A DNA stretch of 64,000 nucleotides, from NCBI RefSeq assembly GCF_018350175.1, contig NC_058368.1, positions 224,814,001-224,878,000 of the forward strand, written 5' to 3'. The notes beneath the pieces were generated by a model that ran no database searches, was not told where the DNA came from, and saw only the letters and a program-made list of their open reading frames with translations. Below, piece after piece: positions 48,809 through 61,152 of the stretch (positions within the stretch are counted from its first letter, which is position 1; every line of letters starts with the position of its first letter). This DNA comes from Felis catus (Eukaryota). The position numbers and the translations under genes were made by a program.

Positions 48809-50052
48809 CGTGGAATCTAAATCTTGTACCTGTACCTTACCTACTGAGTTCCAGAAATATATAACATTGAACATCTTCGTGGGAATGTAAAATAGGCATT
48901 TCCAACTCAATGTATCTAAAACTGATCTCTCTAATGCTGGTCGACCTGCTTCTTGTCCTGCATTTATTTTTTGTTTTGGTCTCAGCCAATGATATTACTA
49001 GTTATCTTGTCTCCCAAGGCAGAAAACTCTTGTGTCTGTCTGTCCCTTATAATTGATTGGAAGCTCCTCTCAAATATTTCTTGACTCTGTCTCTCTTCTT
49101 GTCTCTTACTGTCTCTGTCCTCAGTTAGCTTCATAAAGACAAGTTTGGGCTGAACATAGTAAAAGCTTTGTACTCAGGTGAGCCAAGAATGTTAACCCAT
49201 ATACTCCCCAAGAACACGGCTGCTGGACCGAAACTGCCATACGCCTCTGAAGTTTCAGGCTTCTAAAGCACATGGCCACTATTGTAAGACAGTTCGAATT
49301 TTATATTCTCTCCCCTCATTGTGCCCAGTTCCACTGCACCAACCACAGATGCCAGCATGGACACCAAAAAGAATATCTGAAGACTGTGCCTAGACGAAAA
49401 ACCACCAACCACCTACGCCATGGCCTTGTGCTGAAGGCTCTTCTGCCCTTGACATGCTATCAAGTAAAGCTGCTCATTTCTTCATAACTCGTTACCTTTC
49501 AGTAGAAAAGTTGGGTCTACACATCTCTTTGTCATTCCTTCTTCCAAACATTTGCATCTTTTGGCCCTTACAAAAACCCCTTTATGTACTTGTAGATGTG
49601 AAGAGGAGAGAAAAGGATGATACAACACAGCGTTAGGAAATGTTGGAGTCCAGGGAAGAATTCCTTTGCTAGGAGGGATGAAAGTAGAGCCTTGGGGGGG
49701 GGGGGGGCGCGAGTGGAGAATGCATGGGAAGAATATCTGGGAGTACAAATTTCCTGGGAAGGAGAATCCAGAACATACATGGAAAGACTGCCCCATAAAA
49801 CATGGAAGGATTTTTCTGTGTCGTAAGATGAAAGGAAAAGAGAGAAATGTTAACTTGCATATTTTTGGTGGGAAATTGAGGGAATTCCCATCTAATGGCT
49901 TTTATTTAGTCACTCAAGAAAGAGACAAGCCTCTCTTCCCATAAGGTACAGGTTGAGATTGGCCATTAGAGTTTTGAGAAGAGCAGAAAAGATTTGAAGT
50001 TGTTGCAGTGAATAGTGCATAAACAAACTGTCTAAAGAAATACAAGATTGAA

Positions 50053-50220
50053 GCTGTGCCTTGGTGGCTCAGCTGGTTGAGGGTCATGAACTCACGGTAT
50101 GTGGGATCGAGCCCCGTGTTGGGCTCTGTGCTGATGGTACTAAGCCTGCTTGGGATTCTCTCACTCTATCTCAGTTAAATTAAATTCAACTTAACTGAAA
50201 TTTAATTTAATTTAATTTAA
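50053..50220 (+). mobile_element. Can-SINE (short, diverged)
   Basis: TSD aaagaaatacaaga. Confidence 0.85.
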
Positions 50221-50661
50221 AAAGAAATACAAGACTTAAGGCTAATTTACATTGACATTGGTCTGATTGGATGTGTGTGTGTGTGTTTGGTCAATAGGTA
50301 ATACGTTTCATAGATAGAGATCTAGGCAAGCCAGAAGACTGGGTTTATCCATGATAGTGGTGAAGACACATATGGTACAGGTTTCTAGATGAGTATAACA
50401 CAGGAGAGAAGAGAGTCCAGAGAATTTACAAAGGAGTAATTGAAACGTCAATCATTGTGGAGTTTTTTCTTGGTGTAAAGGACGTGTGCCCCCAATATTT
50501 TGTGTCTGAGAAGATGACTATGGATATGCTCAGGGTCCAGTTGACTTTCTGTAGTTTGGACTCCAGTTAAGACTACATTGATCTAGTGATGTTTTGAGGC
50601 CTGAGAAATTAGTGTTACTTCACAACTAACACCAATCACTCCTGTAAAATCTGGATCTTTT

Positions 50662-50734
50662 CCATCATCTGTGCAAATGACCATCCATTTGGTCACAAAT
50701 GGATGTCCACAGCCATCATCTGTGCAAATGACCA
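50662..50734. repeat. 22-bp direct repeat flanking a hairpin insert
   Basis: ccatcatctgtgcaaatgacca at 50662 and 50713; stem catccatttg/caaatggatg. Confidence 0.9.
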
Positions 50735-51446
50735 CAAGTTGTATGGGGAAGACTAAGGACAAGATTTCCTGGATATTCTTGTCATAGTATAGATAGGGTC
50801 CATCTCTAAAATAAAACCAAATTGTTTTCTTCCTTCAAATGTTCTGTGACTATGGACACACTGAGGCTTTATCTGATATGGGGAAAAGGGCATGTAATCT
50901 GCATCTTATTTGCTCAAGCCTGTCTCTATTCATTTGTATCCAAAAACTGAAGAAAGAATGCTATGAGCTGACCATCGTCATCACTCCTGGATACCTTACC
51001 ATCAACTAGCCAATTAGCTGAAAGAGCTCAGCAGAGGACACAAATCTCGGAGATCTGAATATAACACACTACTTTCTGTTGTGAAAATCACATCCACAAG
51101 CTCTTGACAGAGAATGTGCCTCTCTCCATCTCTGCCACCTTGTGGAGGCTCCATCTCCATTGACCACAGGGTGCCTGTGTCAGATTCTTCTCCACCTTGC
51201 TGTCTCCAGAGATGTTGGCCACAACCATCTCCACCAGGCCACCATAGAAGTGACCGAGTCTATATGGGCTTTAGCTGACTTCATATAAGTATAACCAAAC
51301 CGTGTATTACCTCATGCCAACATCACCACACATGACTCAAAGCCTGCCCAGAGAATTTCAGATGTGACACTACGCACACAGTCCTGGGGACTTCAAATGT
51401 AAAATGAAGGAGCGCAAAGGAGACAATGGTTGAGGAGTAAACTTCT

Positions 51447-51492
51447 CTCCTCCTCCTCCTCCTCCTCCTCCTCCTCCTCCTCCTCCTCCTCC
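51447..51492. repeat. (CCT)n trinucleotide repeat
   Basis: Direct reading. Confidence 0.95.
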
Positions 51493-51999
51493 TTGATGGA
51501 CTGTCCTGAGATGTGGTTCACAAGACATTCCCACAAAGCCCAGTTGTCAGTTTCACCTGATACCCAAACAGTGGCCCAGTCTGCTTTCATACCTTGGTAT
51601 CTGTTCTCCCTCTTTCTGACCCTTACCAGCGCTTTCCTGGTCTTGCATTCCCTACTAGCAGCTTTTGCCTTAGGCTCTTCTCTCTGTGAGAAACCAAGCT
51701 AAGAACCCATTTCATTGGCAAAGTATCCTACCAGCATTTTTCGCTGAGAGAAAACAATAAATCAACCACTGTTCCAAATGGATCACGTGCTTTCCTCAAT
51801 ACTGTATTTCTCAAATCCTCGATGAAATGTGTCTCCTCTGGATTTTTCTCAGCGGCTATCACGTTTGGGTGAATGAAATGTCATACATGGTAGGGATTTA
51901 ATCTAGACTTTAAACATCTTTTTCTCCTATGGTTTCCAAGATCTTTCTGAACTTTCCGTGTCTTCAGAATGAGTTGGTTCTCATTGTAAATGTACTTAG

Positions 52000-52530
52000 G
52001 ACTGAAACTGACCTGCCATTCCTCACTGAACCTGTTTTCTAGGACTTACTATTGTCATTGAGTTGCAATCCAAGCGCTTTAGCCTAAACATAGGATCCTC
52101 CTCATGTGCATCTCTCTAGCTTTATCTCCAGCTATTTCCAGCCCTATACTTCACAAATTATTTTCGGTTTTCCACACACATCACCTACACATCTGTTTCT
52201 GTCATTTTGTTCATGCTGTTCCCTATTGTAGGAACTCCAGCCCTACCCTTATCCTTCTCATAAACTTTTCGTTCTTAAGGATTGAGCAAAGCTTCACTTG
52301 CCTCCAAGAAAGATTTTCTGACTTCTTACCCCTAATCTAAGAGATTATGTTACGTGAAATTAGATTGCTATGATAAAATTGTTTGTTTCGTTGTGTGTTT
52401 TTTTTATCACTTTTGAAATAGATCAATTTCTTTGACAGCATGGATCAAATTTTATTTATGTAGGTATTCCTATGACTCTGAATAAAGTTGCTTCCACAGA
52501 AAATGTCAAATGAGTGTTTGTTAAGTTATT
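52000..52530 (+). mobile_element. L2 3' relic
   Basis: ttgttcatgctgttccct..aggaac..cacttgcctccaagaaag..tgtcaaatgagtgtttgtt. Confidence 0.5.
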
Positions 52531-52551
52531 GTTAAAATATCCAATAGGGGA

Positions 52552-52772
52552 GGGGTGCCTGGGCGGCTCCATAGGTTAAGCGTCCAACTTCGGCTCAGGT
52601 CACGATCTCATGGTCTGTGAGTTCGAACCCCGCATCAGGTTCTGTGCTGACCGTTCAGAGCCTGGAGTCTGCTTCGGATTCTGTGTCCACCTCTCTCTCT
52701 GCTCCTCCCCCGTTCATGCTCTGTCTCGCTCTGTCTCAAAAATAAATAAACATTTAAAAAAAATTTTTTTTG
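52552..52772 (+). mobile_element. Can-SINE
   Basis: TSD aatatc(c/t)aatagggga. Confidence 0.95.
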
Positions 52773-53206
52773 AATATCTAATAGGGGAGATTCAGTGGAC
52801 TTCCATCAGATAAAAGCACAGCTGACAAGAAGATAGAATTAAAAAATATATATTTAAATTTAGCTACAGAAAAAAGACACAGGAGTGGTGTAGAAGGCAG
52901 ACAATAGAGATCTCAAAGGAACATACAAACTGAAGAAGATGCCAGACATCAAATTTCTAACTAATTATGGGCACTAATTATGGCAGACAGTTTGCCAGAA
53001 CATTTCCCTATGATAAATGCCTTATCTTCATTGCAAACACTGACTCCCCACATGATTCCATTGCAGTTCACCCTCCATGTTTTTGGTAAACAATCTTTAT
53101 TTATCACGCAATGGCCCTAATTTCCATTGTGATTATAACTCCGTTATTGTCAAATATCTTTATTCCTGACAACTTTGGACACTTGAACTTTAAAACTCTA
53201 TTTAGT

Positions 53207-53402
53207 GGGGCACCTGGGTGGCTCAGTCAGTTGAGCATCTGACGTCAGCTCAAGTCACGATCTCGCGGTCCGTGAGTTCGAGCCCCACGTCAGGCTCTGT
53301 GCTGACAGCTCAGAGCCTGGGGCCTGTTTCGGATTCTGTGTCTCCCTCTCTTCCCTTCTTCTGCTTTCTCTTCCCCCCCCCTCAAAAATAAACATAAAAA
53401 AA
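53207..53402 (+). mobile_element. Can-SINE
   Basis: SINE head and tail. Confidence 0.95.
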
Positions 53403-55659
53403 CGGTTTCTTTTTACTCTGTTCAGAGGCATTTACCACAGAAGTGTTAGAAATAACAAATACCTCAAAGATTAAAACACATTATTATTATGCTAATACTA
53501 GATATGATTTTCATCATTACTGCTATGTGTTGAGCACCTACCATATAAGAAAGGTCCAGTATCAAATACCTTATGTTTAATGCTCATAAATATTTTTTTT
53601 CCAATTTCAGTCTAAGAAAAAAGATATCCTAGAGAAATTAAAGAATTTCATTTGGTCTCAGGTCTATTTGAGACCAAACATATGCTTAAGAAAAGAGTGA
53701 ACATCGCGTAATAGAAGGAATTCTAATATCCATGGGTACCTTCGTGATCGCAAAATTTCCAAAACAAGAATAAGAACTCAACTTTCGACATTCTGTCCCT
53801 GCGAGATGGGATTTCTGAAGAACACACTGAACTGTACTCATTCTTGCCATTTACTGCTGGCATTCACTTCCGTTTCGTTTGCTTGAAATGTTGTATTTCA
53901 TTTCAGATTGCTTCCACTGTTACTAAAAATGGATTTAGAGCATAAAGAAAAAAAAATACTGACAAGTTATTTCCAGTTTCTTAGATGAGATTTCCAGGGC
54001 TCCTGTCATTTTAAAACAGAATCTTTTCTTTTCCTCCCTTTAGAAAATTGTATAACTAATGATTAAAGTGGCTGGAGCTTTTCTTGCATGACAGGAAATT
54101 GCCCCTCACGACCTTGTACCTCTCTTGCCCCCACTGGTCTCTCAAAATCTTCTTAATGGAATCCAGCAGATAAAAATAGTCAAGAGTGGTATCTTTTCTC
54201 AAGGCGTACAGAATTAGATTTATAAATGGAAAAATCGGTTTTTGTAAAGAGCCGAAGGTTTTGTTATGGCTCGGGAACAAGGACCAAGATTTAATAACAT
54301 GTCATTGAAAACGCAAAGCCCCTTTGGTAGACGGAGATTGCCCCAGCCACGCAGCGGAGAAAGACATCGAGGGTCCCCAAAGGGAACCTCAGCGTGAAGG
54401 AGGGGAGGCCAGGGTCGGTGACGCAAACTCATGCCAGGGCTGGTTCTGGGAAAATGAGCAGGTGTGGCTGGAAGCCCAGGCTGGACAGGCCATCCTGGCT
54501 ACGAAAGCATGCTTTGGGGAAAATGCCTGAACATGTGAGCATTAACCAAGGAGCCTGACCTGAGAAGTCCATGCATGAGGGCTTCTACCTTCCAGGCAGG
54601 CGAGGTCCATGCCAGCTTATGTCCTCACGCGGGCCCGCATGGGAACAGCTTGCAGGAGAAACATGTCAGGGAAGCAGTAATAGCATCAAGAAGCAAGCAC
54701 CTGGCCTCCTTGTGCACCGAGTGAATTCTCTAGCTCGTCTTGAAATAGAAAGGGGAACGGGGGATCCTCCTGAATAAGCCTCTGTGGCACTTCAACAATC
54801 CAGGCAGTGAGGAGATTTCTCTGGAAAGACTCCAGACTTTCTCCCAATTTGGAAAATGGGGCGTCTACCTGTTTTACTTTTGGAATCAGAGATATGTCCA
54901 TATTAGTCATCTCCACTCCAGGAATGTGTATACCAATTGCGTATGTATCTTTGATGATCGACTAAACTGAGTGTGATGTCTCTGGCATTCCATGGAAGCA
55001 GTTGGAGCCCACGGTGCTCCCGCACTGCTTGAGAATTAGTGGGACATTCCTAACCATTAAAAAGCAAGATTACAGTGTCCAGAATGAGCACAGTCAAGCA
55101 GCAGCACCCTCACAGAATGTTGCTTTAAGCAAGGCTTATTTTAGTCTGATTGGATTACCCGTCACAAAACCACAGTTTTCACGCCACCGAGAAGCTCATG
55201 TGTCAAGCTGACCACATGTCAATGATCGTACACAAAATATTCTTTCCCTGCATTAGCGATGATGAAATGCTCACATCCGTATCATCCTATTATCATAACC
55301 TGAATGATTCTGACACGTATCATATTCCAGATCCATAATATAATTGCTCTCCAGAACATGGGTTCGTGACCTTGTATTCTGTATTTGTAAAATATTCCTT
55401 TACGATGCTTGACTCTAGTGTTCTTTGAGGAATGCATAATAGTGTAACTGTATTTCAAAGGTAATAATACAAATTGGGGCTTTACCTTGAAATTTAATAT
55501 CTAGACTTTGTCGAGGATTGTACTGCCCCCTTAATTATACTTAACATTTATGCACCACACCACATATGCTCAGTTACTGTTCTCCTTAACGAACTTGTTC
55601 AATGTCATCATTGGTCAAAAAAAGAAGGGAAAACGCTCTCACGTAAAAAAAGAAGATTT

Positions 55660-55875
55660 TGAGGCTGGCCAGCGGCTCAGTCGTCTTAGCATCTGACTCT
55701 CCGTGGCGGCTCGGGTCACGTTATTATGGTTCATGAGCTGGATTCTTGTGCTGACAGCATGGAGTCTGCTGGTGGTTCCCTCTTTCTCCCCCTCCCTGTT
55801 GAGCTCTGTCCACCCTCTGCCTGCAGGTGCATACACACATTGCATCTCTCTTTCCCTCTCAAAATAAATAAATAA
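55660..55875 (+). mobile_element. Can-SINE (diverged)
   Basis: ggctcagtcg..agcatctgactct..ggctcgggtcacg..tgtgctgacagcatggagtctgct..ctctcaaaataaataaat. Confidence 0.8.
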
Positions 55876-56519
55876 GCTTAAGACACAAAGATGTTTGGAA
55901 ACGACAAAACACAAAAGAGTTTTTCCCAAGTCATCGATCTGAACCCGTATCTTTCTGCTTGGGGAAGCTACTGCTGAGCTGGAAGGACGAACCTTCACAA
56001 TTATTCCGGCTTGGCATTCAGCCAGCCATAGAACTCCAAAATTGCAGAGACCAGACCATCAACACAACAATCAGTCCCTGGCCCACCCACCCCGGAAGAC
56101 TTCCTAGAATTAGTCCCGTGGCAGAAGCACTTCCCAAACCCGTCGCTACCAGAAAAAGAAGCACCAGGTGAGTTATCACGCATGATCCCTCCTCCTGATG
56201 GAATCCGAACACTATCGGCTACCGACTGCTCAGCAGAACAGCAAACGTTATCCTCAATGGAGCCGAAAATCTACTTGTGGGCCCCAAGAACGTGTTTCTA
56301 ACATTGAGAAATATTAAGACCCTCTGCTCCGCGGCCCAGCCGAATTTGCTTCAAGGGACATATCCTAACTTTTTGCTCCTCCATAAAGGATTACCTCTGA
56401 GTTTCCGTATCGACCCTCATCAGGAAACAAAGTTAGGCCCCCGTAAAAATCCTCAAGGCTCTCTAAGGCAAAAGCACCCATGTGAGCAGGTCTCCTGCCA
56501 GCTGTTTTTGGGAACTCAC

Positions 56520-56610
56520 CGATCAAAACCACTTCCCTCAACTCCACCGGCTGATATGTGGGTGCTCTCAGTTAGATATGTGAGGTCCCAGCTTGCATCC
56601 CTACGATGTT
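56520..56610 (-). other. Candidate non-coding first exon
   Basis: Ends at donor TCG|GTGAGT (GT at 56519-56518), ~110 bp downstream of a promoter motif cluster; TSS position estimated. Confidence 0.35.
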
Positions 56611-56619
56611 GCTTCGGTA

Positions 56620-56740
56620 CAAGACATGGGGCGTGGCTGTTAATCGTGCGCAGACTTCCGCCCATAGGGGGAGAGAAGTAATCATGGAAGCATCCTCAAC
56701 AGTGGACGGACTGAACCTGAGCTTGATTTCCGGTGCTGCA
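56620..56740. promoter_or_regulatory. Candidate TATA-less promoter (SP/KLF, NRF1-like, ETS)
   Basis: GGGGCGTGGC 56628-37; TGCGCA 56647-52; ACTTCCGCCC 56654-63; ATTTCCGGT 56726-34; locally raised CpG. Confidence 0.5.
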
Positions 56741-57359
56741 AGAGATAGGACGGTATGACCTTGCACCTAAGCATCATACTTTTGATAGGCCACACTTGTG
56801 TAATTCAGTATTTGTTCATTGGACCCGAACAATATGTATTTCCCCTCATTCCTCCTTTAAGGGTGCATGGATTCTTTAAAGTCATCATAGCAGTATTTTC
56901 CAAAGCTGTGAGCATACTTCCAAATCTATCTCTATTTCTGTAAAGTCAAATGCCTCACTAACACTTCCTCAACATAAAAAAAGTAATCAGAGTTAAGTGC
57001 TTCGATCAAGAAGAAAAAAAAAAAGGCTTTATTTCCTGCTTCTTTGCAAAATTCCTTCACCTCAAATGCCAGCATGTATGGTGGTTTCTACCTAGCAAGG
57101 CAGATGGGAGTCTCTGCCTCGGGGGAATCATTGGGGAAGTGACAAAATTCTGTTTTGTAAGACACAAATACAAAGAGGAAGGTAAAAGTCAAAGCTGGAG
57201 TAAGGTTTCTGCAAGGGAACCATAGGTGAGAAAAAGAGTGTTGGGCGATGATTCTCCAACGATCCGTCATTTCTGCACATCTTCTGAGCAAAAGGCCCCG
57301 ACAACCTTATTCAAGGATGCCTGCAAAGCTGTTCCCGGGCTGGGGGTAGATTTGCTTAC

Positions 57360-57410
57360 GTTCCAGGATGATAAAGCTACAGACTTTCTTGGGTGATAGC
57401 GGTAATGTCT
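57360..57410 (-). other. Candidate 51-nt internal exon
   Basis: Acceptor cctatctttccctccAG| and donor AAC|GTAAGC; two of three frames open. Confidence 0.3.
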
Positions 57411-57849
57411 CTGGAGGGAAAGATAGGCAGATTTGCTAGTGATCTTTCCTCTGAAACTGGGGCTTTCTTAAGCAGAGCGTTCTTCAGGTATAACAAGAAG
57501 GCCCTGTATGCATGCGCAGTATTCACATAAGTCCGTGCTCTTCTCTGTGCCCTGAATGACAAACTGTCCAAATCCATTTGGGTTTACCGTCTCCTTACAA
57601 GTAGCGTGGCAGGCCCGCCTACCTGCTTCAGCAGTGACTGTTACCCACCGTGTGACTGCTGAACAGGTAAGGATAGAAAAGTGAACTTTGGTCTTAGAAT
57701 TACATTCTTTGTTGAAAAAGAGGAAGTCCGATAATATGTAACAAGGCCTGATGGCATAAGCTCTGGAATGAAATTTCCATAGGAAAGAATCTATTAGTAC
57801 AGGTTTGAAAAACACTGCATCTTTGCTAAAATTGAATAAAAGCCACCCA

Positions 57850-57851
<2 letters not shown>

Positions 57852-57901
<50 letters not shown>
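57852..57901. repeat. (GT)n microsatellite
   Basis: Direct reading. Confidence 0.95.
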
Positions 57902-57906
<5 letters not shown>

Positions 57907-58428
57907 TCTCAAGCATCCAAGTTATTCTGTGTCTGGGGGTCTGGGTTGTCGACTGGATGAAATGGGAATTGGGAGCCAAGAAATATGAGATGTTCCATGT
58001 GTATATGTAAGGGAAAATAAACTTTTACTGTGAACATTATCATAAACAAACAGAGACACACACATTAGTAAACTCGAGGAAAGAAAGATTCTGAAAGCTC
58101 CTTTGACCAAAAGAGATAATTAAAATTTATAGAACGCTTCTTATTAACATTATCTTACAGTGTATAAAATACTATTGAAATTCACTTAATTTTGTTACCT
58201 ATATATTATTTTATTTCAGTGAAAATCAAAATATTTCTATGCGCCTTTACAGAATTAGTTCTTCAAATAACCTTCCAACCTATTTTTCTAACACAGCTTA
58301 AGATCCTTAGCTGGACTTCTCCAATAAAGTCCCACGTCTTCAGGGTTAGGAAGGAATTATTGTATTTCACACTATAGGAAAAGTTGTCAAGTAGAATTCA
58401 CCACTGAAATTTGATTTCACTGGAGTTT

Positions 58429-58430
<2 letters not shown>

Positions 58431-58471
<41 letters not shown>
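58431..58471. repeat. (GT)n microsatellite
   Basis: Direct reading. Confidence 0.95.
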
Positions 58472-58473
<2 letters not shown>

Positions 58474-60038
58474 AAATCTGCATAATCCAAAGTGTTCAGT
58501 ATACTATCCTCAATTATCGTTTAGTGAATGAAAACACTGGAGCATTACAAATGACATACAGATGACATTTTTTTGAGGCTGAATATTTTGATTTTTCAAT
58601 TCCAACAGTCCCTACCTGTTTTGGAGTTCGGTGAGAATGTAAAACATGTCTTATGTTGATTAGCTTTCAAACATCAGTTGTTACTTAGCTATCATTAGAG
58701 GCAAAAACAGAAATATGCTATAAAAAAAGGCTAACAGAAATCATAAGCCTTTGTTCTAGTTACATTTTTTCAAGAAAAAAAAATTAATTAAATTAATGTA
58801 CTCAATTAACTGAGGACAAAATTTGATTTAGTGAAATTAATAGAGTTTATTTCAATTTAAATTTATACTAATGAAAAAAAAAGACAAGTAAAACTGTTAT
58901 ATCTGTGCTATAGGAAAGAGTTGCTGCCATTTCTTCTAATTAATTTCTATTTGAATCTGGATTCTAAATCATTATCCCAGCTCACCAGTGGCTCATGCTT
59001 CAAAAATGCCTTGAAGGTAACTGAACCTTGGAGTACATTTTCCCATGGAAACATGTATCATAACGTATACTCTGGTTTCTAGACCAGCGTACAAATCTTA
59101 TACAGATGTTATTGCAGGAATGGTAATGTCAATCAGTCGTTTTGTCTTCTAAGTTTTGAGGAACTCTATTTCTCCAAAGAACACCTCTCTAAGTGAGTCA
59201 TGCATTCCCGTGAGTTGGAAACAAGCGCCCAACAATCAACGATCTTTAGGTGAGTTCTAAGGGAGAGTAAGGTAGAGACCAGTAGGAAAGGACTCGCCAG
59301 CAAGGCAACCCAGGTTGCCGAGGTGAGGGTAAGCACGTACAGTCAACCCCTCTGCCACGCTGCAAATAGCCAGTACACTTGCCTCTAGCCTAGCCTCCAG
59401 CCTTCTTCCATCAACCACCTGGCGCATCCTTCTTCTCTTTGCTTCGGAATCCAAAGTTACATTGTGAAAGAAAATCTGTGCCGCGGTTCCAATGACTAGC
59501 TGGGAGAACAGTCGAGAAATATTTTGAAAACAGAGAGTCACCGGTCTATGTCATTTGGTTTGTTTCATTCATTCACGTATACAATGTTTGAGAAATATGT
59601 ACTGAACATATACTATGTCCCAATTTGTGTCTGAGTCCATCCAATTTGTTGCTGTAGAAGCTACCTTCTCGGGCTAAGGTCTTTACCTGGAGTAGAGGGC
59701 AGTTAACTCTTTTCCAACCTTTCTCGGCCATCTGCATGGTCACATACAAGAGGAGCCAAAGAGTGGAAGTAAAACATATCTAGAGTTTTCGCCACCACTT
59801 CTTCATAAACAATTCAAAATGCATACAATCATTCCACCTGTAATGCTGAGAGCACTGCTCAAAAAAAAAGGGGGGGGGGGAGAGAAAATGCACTAGATTA
59901 GCATCAACAATTTATTACTGGTATGTAAGTTTGATTTCTGCAAAATCCAAATATTCCTAAAAGGAACAAACCTGGTAATAACTATCAAAACTGATAATGA
60001 TAAGTCAATCTCAGACTATTTGGTAAGAGTTCCTTGGT

Positions 60039-60043
60039 GAAAA

Positions 60044-60103
<60 letters not shown>

Positions 60104-60290
60104 AAAGGAAGGAAAGAAGGAAAGGAAAGGAAAGGAAAGGAAAGGAAAGGAAAGGAAAGGAAAGGAAAGGAAAGGAAAGGAAAGGAAAGGAAAGGAAAGG
60201 AAAGGAAAGGAAAGGAAAGGAAAAGAAAGGGAAAGGAAAGAAAAGAAAAGAAAAGAAAAGAAAAGAAAAGAAAAGAGCAAAGAAAAAGAG
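60039..60290. repeat. Compound (GAAA)n-(GGAAA)n-(GAAAA)n polypurine tract
   Basis: Direct reading; ~240 bp with almost no pyrimidine on +. Confidence 0.97.
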
Positions 60291-61152
60291 CAGCTGCCTC
60301 AGGGGGGAAATATTACAACAGGCACTGAAGTTCTTCACAACCAACTAAAATTCCAAATGGATGAATTGAAATGAAAGGTCATTATTTAGAAATATTGCTC
60401 TAGGTAGAGGCATATCTGATAGAAGCTGTGCCAAAGAGGTTATTTTCGAACTAAACAGATTTGACCGAAGACTTTTAAGAGCCAAAGCTTTCAAACTAAT
60501 GAAATACTGTGATGTTTGCTTTCTGAATAATGACCCTCCTTTTTTTCTTTATACATCTCATTTGTCCATCGCAATATTCACTTTCCATTTCTTTTTTTTT
60601 CTCATGTTTATCCAATTGAATCTACTTCTTAGAGTAATGGCAAATCAGATTCCCCAGATCGATTACTCACACTGAGTAAAGCACTCAAAAAGGAAACAGA
60701 ATGGACCGAGCAAGTATTTTACAAAGAAAGTGAATGATATAAATTAGAATCACACATATACAATGGATATATGTATGTAGGTATGTGCTTATGTCCTGTT
60801 CAAAAGTCTCTTTGCCACTATTTGTATTTACTAGTGACTCTAAAGGAGTCAGTCTTGCTAATGTTTTTCAAATGATCGTCCAGTATCAATCTAGCCATCA
60901 TGAGATGACATTTTTTATACATCTTAATGCTAATGATGTGCTGACTGGCCTAACAGACATGTTTTCAGTGTGATCTAAGATTTTAAAATTTCATATAAAA
61001 AGGAAAGCTTATTATGAATTCCAGTCTATATTTTCTTCCAGCGTAAACTTAACAACACATTTTGATTAGTGCATACGTGAGATAAAAATGTGATTGCTAG
61101 CAATATTTCTTGTTTAGTATCTATAAGGAACAGTTTTTAAATAAAAAAAACT

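Larger units (their letters stand above)
47600..49130 (+). mobile_element. L2 relic interrupted by MLT2 and SINE
   Basis: ctacatgctgatgac|..|..ctgagttccaga..ggcatttccaactcaatgtatctaaaactga. Confidence 0.6.

Noticed and set aside
35702..50734. Short direct repeats as a CRISPR-like array
   Set aside because: Only two copies each, unrelated to one another, eukaryotic context, no cas genes.
51393..51702. Poly-S / poly-E ORFs
   Set aside because: Produced by the (CCT)n microsatellite; no exon context or homology recognised.
50450..51720. Possible old ERVL-type LTR
   Set aside because: LTR-like in character, but I could not match diagnostic termini or a family with confidence.
54220..54920. GC-richer patch with several 68-76 aa ORFs
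   Set aside because: No homology recognised and no convincing splice boundaries; may be regulatory but unsupported.
59985..60348. K/E/R-rich and F/L/S-rich ORFs of 89-119 aa
   Set aside because: Simple-repeat translations.
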